The notes under the pieces were generated by a model, which did not search any database, was not told the DNA's origin, and saw only the letters and a program-made list of their open reading frames with translations. A program made the translations under genes and the position numbers. A DNA stretch of 64,000 nt from Macrostomum lignano (lineage: Eukaryota), in the NCBI GenBank assembly GCA_002269645.1, contig NIVC01002796.1, positions 31 through 64,030 on the forward strand, given 5' to 3'. Below are positions 58,201 through 64,000 of the stretch, one piece after another (position 1 is the stretch's first letter; the number at the start of each line of letters is the position of its first letter).

Positions 58201-61200
58201 AGTCGTCTTCCCTCATTTTAACCACCGCGCTGAAATCGTAGAGTGAAACTGCGTCATGCTTGCTACTGTAGCTAGTATATTTGGGCTTGAGACTTACTTT
58301 TCAAGGTTGAGTTTTAACGGCTTAGATTCGTCCTCAGAGACTAGGGACGAGCAAAGCGGACAGGTATCGTGAAGTCGCATTCTGCGAATGTGATTGTCAA
58401 TACAAACCGTAGATGCAGCTAAGCTCCTCAATGACTAATTGAAGGCATTTTCAAGGACTACTAAATTACACGCAAAATAGTTTGTACATCTAACGCAACT
58501 GGACAATGCCGGTAGCTTGGCTGATTCAGAGAAGCTCATGCAGTTTAACTTACTTTCAGCCAAACTGAGTCAAGTAAAGGTGATCGAAGGCCTCAAAACA
58601 AAGAAATATTGCGTTATAAAATTATTGATATCAGGCATTTTATACATTTTAAGATAGCTTTGATAAAACAACGCTGCATAAACGAAAATCTCACATCTTA
58701 GGAAATGGCTTTGCAGTCATAAAGTACACCGTGTCCCTGTCTGCATCGTCCCGAATCCAGTAGGCCAGTCCAAGGAGCTCTCGTCCCAGATGATCCAGGT
58801 AGTCCCAGATTTGCCTGGGTATTTTTTAATACAAGGTTTCTTATTGTTATATCAGCGATTCTTTATAGATACAAAATGGATATCAGGATCCTTGTGTGCT
58901 AAGAAGGCCATCTTGCAACGACATAGCAACTAATTTACGCAACAGCGAACTAAAGAAAACAGTTTATTTAATTATTTTTCTAGCGCACATAGAAGGCAAC
59001 CGAAAAAAAACTAAGCAAATAAAAAAGTGACATTGAGGAGTTCTAATGGAAAAAACAGTAAAGAAGCAGAAATCTTCTTACCATGTAACACTGAAAATGG
59101 TAGAAAGTAAAGTTAATTATATATTGGTAAAAATACCAAGAAATTCGTAACCTAAAAGCGAGTACAGCGCACTTACCTATCATGAATGATGTCTAGCGAT
59201 CGATTCTCTCCCGCCGCGGCCGTGGTCTTCATGTAAGCAAAAAACATGTACCGAAGAAATGGCTTCTTCAGGTGGTTTTCCACGTCGGGATCGTTGAGAA
59301 TGCCGAGAATCTCCTGCACGCTGAGGATGGTCTGACAGAGCGATTCGATGTAGCGGTTCTCGCCTCGGCGCAGGTGGCCAACAGGTCGATGAAGCTGACG
59401 AGGTACTGGCAGTGATCGGCCCCTCTGTTGCCATTCAGGACGTCCATTCTGCATGTGGCAAATTTAAACCGATGAAGTTTCGTTGCTACCCTGTTGTTAA
59501 CTAAAAGCTGACGAGGTACTAAATGAAAGTCACGTAATAACCTGAGTTTTATTTGTCGTGCTTCCTCCAAAAGGCAAAGCAGATGGACAATAACCTGCTT
59601 AAGGTACTAACTTATGCTTGGAATTCCTTGGAATTAAGGTGTACATGCCTGACGATTAGAAAGTCAGGTACACTCTGTACACCCTGACTTTATGACTTTA
59701 TACACCCTGTACACCCTGTGTGAGCGTGTGTATGAGTGCGTGCCTGAGTACAGTACTGGCGCGCTTGCATGTGCTCAGGAGTCAGCGGAATGGGCAGAAT
59801 TGCCTCCGCGCTGGTTGTGGGACAATGGTGGCCACATAGTCTTACTCCGAATGCATACTTAATATAGGCGTGTTTTAAAAACTTTAAGACCCACCTGTCC
59901 TTGACGCTGCACTGCTCAAGAATGTAGGCCACGCGGCTGTAGTTCTGCATGATATACTTCATCACGAGAGTTTGATTTCGCTTCAGCGCTAATCCGGTGC
60001 CCTCCACCTTGACGATGGCGACAGCAGTTCGAGAAACTCGGGCGCCCTCTCCTGGTGCTCGGCCACCAAGTACACAATTCGCAGAATCTGCTTGGGCAGA
60101 ACGCGCAGGCAGAGCTCTTGGTTGTTGGCAAACACCTCCTTGAGCGCCAAGGCCAGGTCGGACTCGACGAGACGCACGCGAAGTAAGTCATCCAGGTGAG
60201 CGAATACCTGCTCCTGAACATCCGGATACCGAAGCGTCAGGGCTTTCAACAGGCGGACCGCCTTTCTAAGCACCCCGGCCGTCTCTACGTAGTTTTCGGA
60301 CAGCTGAGCGTCCGTCTCCGTGGCCAAGATGTCGAATATGACGGGTAGAATGTCTGCAACAAAATCAGTGACCCATAGCTGAAAGAAGCTCGAACAGACG
60401 AATCCAAAAGTGTTCTGTAAAGTCACTTCAACAGCGAGATAAACAGGGATATGAAACCGTGGCTTACTATGACTGATCATAAGCCGTTGGTTCATCGGAT
60501 GCGGCTCCTCCTCAGCCTTGGGCAGGTGGCAGAGTTCGTACAGTTCGCCCAGGATGGTCTGCATCTTGCGCGCCTGCTCCGCGTCCATTTGCTCCTGGCT
60601 GTCATGCGCAGCAGAGGCACCTGCTTGCTGACCTCGCGATGAACCCGACAGGAGTCCGGCGTTGTCAGCACCAGCGAGTTGATTGCCCGTTGAAACATTG
60701 AGCTCTTGGATGAGTAGAGCTTGTTGAGCAGCTGCAGCGATAGCTCCACCATGGGGTCGTACTCATAGTTAGCGAGATCCTGCAAGTCAGCAAATTGATG
60801 CTTTCGAATGGCGTATCGAAATTGGTTGAGATTGTTAGTATTAACCCAATCAGTAGCATGAGGGCTGTTCAACGGTAGAATGAGGCTTTCAACGGTAGAA
60901 TGAGGGCTGTTCAACGGTTAGAATGAGGCTTTCAACGGTAGAATGAGGGCTGTTCAACGGTAGAATGAGGGCTGTTCAACGGTAGAATGAGGCTGTTCAA
61001 CGGTAGAATGAAGGCTGTCAACGGTAGAATGAGGGCTTTCAACGGTAGAATGAAGGCTGTTCAACGTAGAATGAGGGCTGTTCAACGGTAGAATGAGGAC
61101 TGTTCAACGGTAGAATGAGGCTGTTCAAGTAGAATGAGGGACTGTTCAACGGTAGAATGAGGACTGTTCAACGGTAGAATGAGGGACTGTTCAACGGTAG

Positions 61201-64000
61201 AATGAGGACTGTTCAACGGTTAGAATGAGGACTGTTCAACGGTAGAATGAGGACTGTTCAACGGTAGAATGAGGACTGTTCAACGGTAGAATGAGGACTG
61301 TTCAACGGTGTAGAATGAGGGCTGTTCAACGGTAGAATGAGGCTGTTCAACGGTTATAGAATGAGGGCTGTTTAATGGTAGAATGAGGACTGTTCAACGG
61401 TAGAATGAGAGACTAAGGACACAAATTTCTCATGCTATCACCATAGCAAGAGGAAAATTGTTTCCAGCTCCTCATAATCTCAGATTATTGAAATCAAAAC
61501 TCACAATGAGAATTGCAGTCAAATTGTCGGTGTCAAGGTAACGCGACGATTCATCAAACATGATTCGCAGCTCCTTGCGGATTGCATTCTGCTTCTTTCT
61601 GGCGCTCCTGAATGTGATGGGAGGGGGAGAGAGAGAAATATGAAAAAAATATTTACAGGAGGGTGGTGGGCACCATGATGCAACGCTGTCAGCGACATCT
61701 TACCACAACTAACGCTGAGGCAATTCTGTCCTTTTCGCTGACTCCTGACACAGCAAGCGCGCCAATACTGTACGCAGGCGCGCACTCATGCACACGCTCA
61801 CACAGGTGTACAGCTGCTCTTTGACTTTCTAATTGTCAAGCATGTGGCTTCTCAAGTCAACTGCTCTGCCCTTGAGAGAGGAGAGTGTTTAAAACAATTT
61901 GAGCAAAACCTTGTCATCATTGTGTTGAGAATGAATTACTTTTTAGTGTCGAAGGAGTCGAACGAACTGTACAGAGCTGGCACCATCGGGTGGCGCGCCT
62001 GCTTCTTCTTCACTTCGCTCATCTCGCAGTCTTTGAACTTGGAAATGAACGACTGAAAGTTTCAATAGAGCAATTATGCTTCAGTATTTTGCAATGAGAT
62101 TGCGACTCGCACAATCGGGAACTCACGGCCAGTCTGGCGTTCTCCTGGAACGTCATCACCAGGTCCAGCACCCGCAGCGCGGCATGCTTGGCGTTGACGA
62201 TGCGAGAGTCTGCGGACTCTTCTTGTAGCGATCGTGCTGCTTAAAACGTTGCACAATTTTCTTGTTGTCCTTCGTGTAGTCGCTGGTGGTCAAACAGAGA
62301 CATCAGAGGGTTGGTGCTTAGATCAAAGCTATCGAAACTGAGTTAAATCGCTGGTTTGTCCAATACATACAGACTGGTTCGATTTTCTTGGACTGGAATT
62401 TCCGAACGCTTATTTCACTTAAGCTACGGTACTAAGCGACAAACAGTGACGGTACGAGCGTATATATTCCATGGTCTACGCTGTTCAAGATTAAGAAGGT
62501 GCTTATCCAACCTGCTTAGCCTAGTGGGGGTTGTAGCCTAGTGGTTAGAGCCGTCGAACTCACGACTGAAAGGTCGAGGGTTCGATTCCCGATCCCACTG
62601 GAACAATTTGTGTCCTTGAGCAAGACACTTAACTCTGCATTGCTTCAGTTCACCCAGCTGTAAAATGGGTGCCAGCATTAGCTGGGGTAATTGAGGGTGT
62701 GTGTGTGTGTGTGGCGACCCCCCAGTCATTGACTGAACAGCCGTACGCAGCCTTCAGATGCGCCGCGCAATAGCTGCGGCTGAGCTGTCGGTTGCACATC
62801 TGGCCACTAGGCAGGTGTAATAATCAATTATATTATATATTATTATTGTCGATCTGGCATTTTTCATCCATATTGACCAAACTTTCAGAGTCAAAAAGTA
62901 CATTTACTAATATGTCTAATACCAATACGTCTCAGTCGCACCTCTTCCCTGGCTGCTTTTGTCAAGGCAGAAACGCGTACGTCGTTTTCGCCGTTCAGCA
63001 GATTCTTCAACGGCCGGCAGCAGCATGGCCAAGTCGTGCACGTCGCCATAGTAGCCAAAACTTTCACCAGGTAGTGCAGTAGTAGCGAAGCACCTGCCGA
63101 TCAGCCATGTTGTTGGGTATCTGGGCAGCGACCATGAAGCGATTCTGGTCGAGAAACTGAGTGACCAGTCGCGATATCACGGGGAACACCGTGATGAGGT
63201 CTTTTGCCGCCTGAGAAATTGTCAAATTAGGTTTAAACACACGCTTAAATGTTCTTCTTGGACAATCGCATCTTGGACAATTTTATACACTAGGTGTCAG
63301 CAAGAAGCAGGTGCTCACATATTGGTCCGGAGCGGTGGCACTGCCGACAGAGTCTTTTGTACCAACGTACTCGTAGATAAAGGACAGCTGCGCGACTCTC
63401 AACACGGAATAGTTGTTGCCGACGTTAACGAAAAGACCTGTCAATGTCATCGAAAATACGAAGGAATGAATCAAGCTGGCACATTCAATACGTTCATTAG
63501 TTGGCACCAGCAGTTTACATCAGACACCCCCCGCTCTAACCGATGACAATCTCGCAATACTTGGCGCCGAAACGCTTGCGCAGACTGTCCGAGGACAGAC
63601 CGAGGTAGGCCTCCTCCCAGGTAAGGTAGGACAGGTCCTTAGTGATCAGCCTGATGCACTCTTCGTTACGACCCTGAAAATAGTCACATGGTAGTGTAGC
63701 TCTGGCAAATGAATATCTTAAGTTGAAAAACTACTCAATAACCATCCTTGCTTATTTCCCTGACATTTTTAACAAAAAACAGCAATTAGTCTATCAGCTT
63801 GCGTCACCCACAAGACCCGCTTACGTGGCACAGAGCAATGAACAGATCCAGCTGAGTCCTCAAAAAGCAGACACCGCTCCACGCTCTCCTGGTCCGACTC
63901 GTCCGGTTGCACGAAAGTCCACTAAACACTACTTCCAGGTCTTCATCTGGGTCGGTGCTGACGTAGGTCTCATTCGGCTTCCGGTCAATATTCTGGCCCC
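43279..64000 (-). CDS. itpr: Divergent inositol 1,4,5-trisphosphate receptor-like Ca2+ release channel (middle and C-terminal part; N-terminus beyond the window end; several frameshifts as assembled)
   Basis: Exons (minus): 64000-63825, 63673-63541, 63437-63319, 63210-62942, 62282-62127, 62052-61940, 61607-61505, 60779-60468, 60353-59895, 59448-59177, 58229-57951, 57409-57121, 57027-56890, 56818-56636, 56369-56213, 56126-55929, 54809-54753, 54656-54438, 54059-53787, 52581-52288, 50979-50871, (50638-50618), 49873-49755, 49660-49365, 48731-48328, 47698-47529, 46841-46491, 44811-44674, 43521-43279, plus an unresolved last exon. RIH-associated domain [22 protein letters not shown]; S6 [17 protein letters not shown]; Zn motif CFIC...[14 protein letters not shown]; tail DFFPMNRAL. 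Confidence 0.92.
43600..44432. repeat. 55-bp minisatellite, ~15 units (GATCTGCACTTTGACCATTGTTGGTGAGGATGCGAGTCTCAATCTAGTCTTCACT)
   Basis: Seen directly; contiguous units with no spacers. Confidence 0.97.
44862..45378. repeat. 25-bp minisatellite (ACAGGCACACGGATTGTGCATGTAC)n ending in the dispersed-element terminus
   Basis: The array is followed by ACAGGCACACGCTCACACAGGGTGC, the reverse complement of the dispersed-element head. Confidence 0.93.
45604..46423. repeat. 24-bp minisatellite (GGCGCCCTCTCCGACACCCAAA(A/G)T)n
   Basis: Seen directly. Confidence 0.96.
46898..47425. repeat. 20-bp minisatellite (TAGAGTGACAGAGGAGACAG)n
   Basis: Seen directly. Confidence 0.96.
47768..48312. repeat. 14-bp minisatellite (GACTAGAGACAACT)n
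   Basis: Seen directly. Confidence 0.96.
48780..49270. repeat. ~25-bp variant units with ~75-bp higher-order structure, most carrying CTGATTGGCT
   Basis: GAATCTGATTGGCT recurs more than a dozen times. Confidence 0.92.
49920..50178. repeat. 15-bp purine-rich repeat (GGGTGGGGAGAAGAG)n
   Basis: Seen directly. Confidence 0.93.
51005..52190. repeat. 26-bp minisatellite (TGGGATTCTGGTGATGGAGATCATT(A/T))n
   Basis: More than 40 units. Confidence 0.97.
52830..53212 (+). mobile_element. 5'-truncated non-LTR retrotransposon (LINE) 3' end
   Basis: [24 protein letters not shown] resembles the C-terminal CCHC zinc knuckle of LINE ORF2 (first Cys lost). It is followed by a stop at 53140, a short 3' UTR and a (GTCAA)n-like tail. 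Antisense within an ITPR intron. Confidence 0.65.
54915..55830. repeat. 42-bp minisatellite (TGGTTGCGATGCCCTCTCTGGTCCACTAAAGTCACCAATAGC)n
   Basis: About 21 units, the later ones 41 bp. Confidence 0.97.
56497..56569 (-). tRNA. tRNA-Met(CAT), elongator type
   Basis: GCCTCGTTAGCGCAGTAGGTAGCGCGTCAGTCTCATAATCTGAAGGCCGTGAGTTCGATCCTCACACGGGGCA forms a full cloverleaf, followed by T-runs (Pol III terminator). Intronic in ITPR, same strand. Confidence 0.97.
57456..57760 (+). mobile_element. tRNA/CORE-like SINE, copy 2 (full length)
   Basis: Same head, core and tail as the copies at 16597 and 62526; ends GCAGGTGTAATCAATTA. Confidence 0.85.
59706..59789 (+). mobile_element. Short dispersed element, family copy
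   Basis: CCTGTACACCCTGTGTGAGCGTGTGTATGAGTGCGTGCCTGAGTACAGTACTGGCGCGCTTGCATGTGCTCAGGAGTCAGCGGA. Confidence 0.65.
60858..61408. repeat. ~22-bp minisatellite (GAATGAGGGCTGTTCAACGGTA)n with many 1-bp indel variants
   Basis: Seen directly. Confidence 0.95.
61735..61813 (-). mobile_element. Short dispersed element, inverted relative to the copy at 59706
   Basis: The reverse complement differs from 59706-59789 at only about 10 positions. Confidence 0.65.
62526..62835 (+). mobile_element. tRNA/CORE-like SINE, copy 3
   Basis: Same structure as the other copies, with a longer internal (GT)n. Confidence 0.85.

Overview
Eukaryotic (metazoan) genomic DNA with spliceosomal introns, GC-rich exons, and introns packed with tandem repeats. 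This style is reminiscent of a free-living flatworm such as Macrostomum, but that is inference only. Most ORF-track entries are spurious translations of repeats or antisense frames. Genes reconstructed by hand: (1) the 3' part of a SARA/endofin (ZFYVE9/16) homolog; (2) three tandem paralogs of a type I membrane protein with two C-type-lectin-like domains and a Thr-rich mucin stalk, showing patchwork homogenisation, with a premature TAG in copy 3; (3) a TRPM-type channel whose N-terminus carries canonical ankyrin repeats; (4) mex-3 with two KH domains and no RING; (5) Nemo-like kinase; (6) about 30 exons of a divergent IP3-receptor-like channel with a non-canonical filter (LRFGLIGD). Also present are tRNA-Met(CAT), a degenerate tRNA-Arg(TCG), three copies of a tRNA/CORE-like SINE, a LINE 3' fragment, a ~90-bp dispersed element and more than 25 micro/minisatellite arrays. 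Frameshifts, mostly single-base deletions in short homopolymers, cluster at both ends of the window (SARA; ITPR beyond ~56.9 kb) and probably reflect long-read errors. All homology calls are from recalled family motifs; no database search was run.
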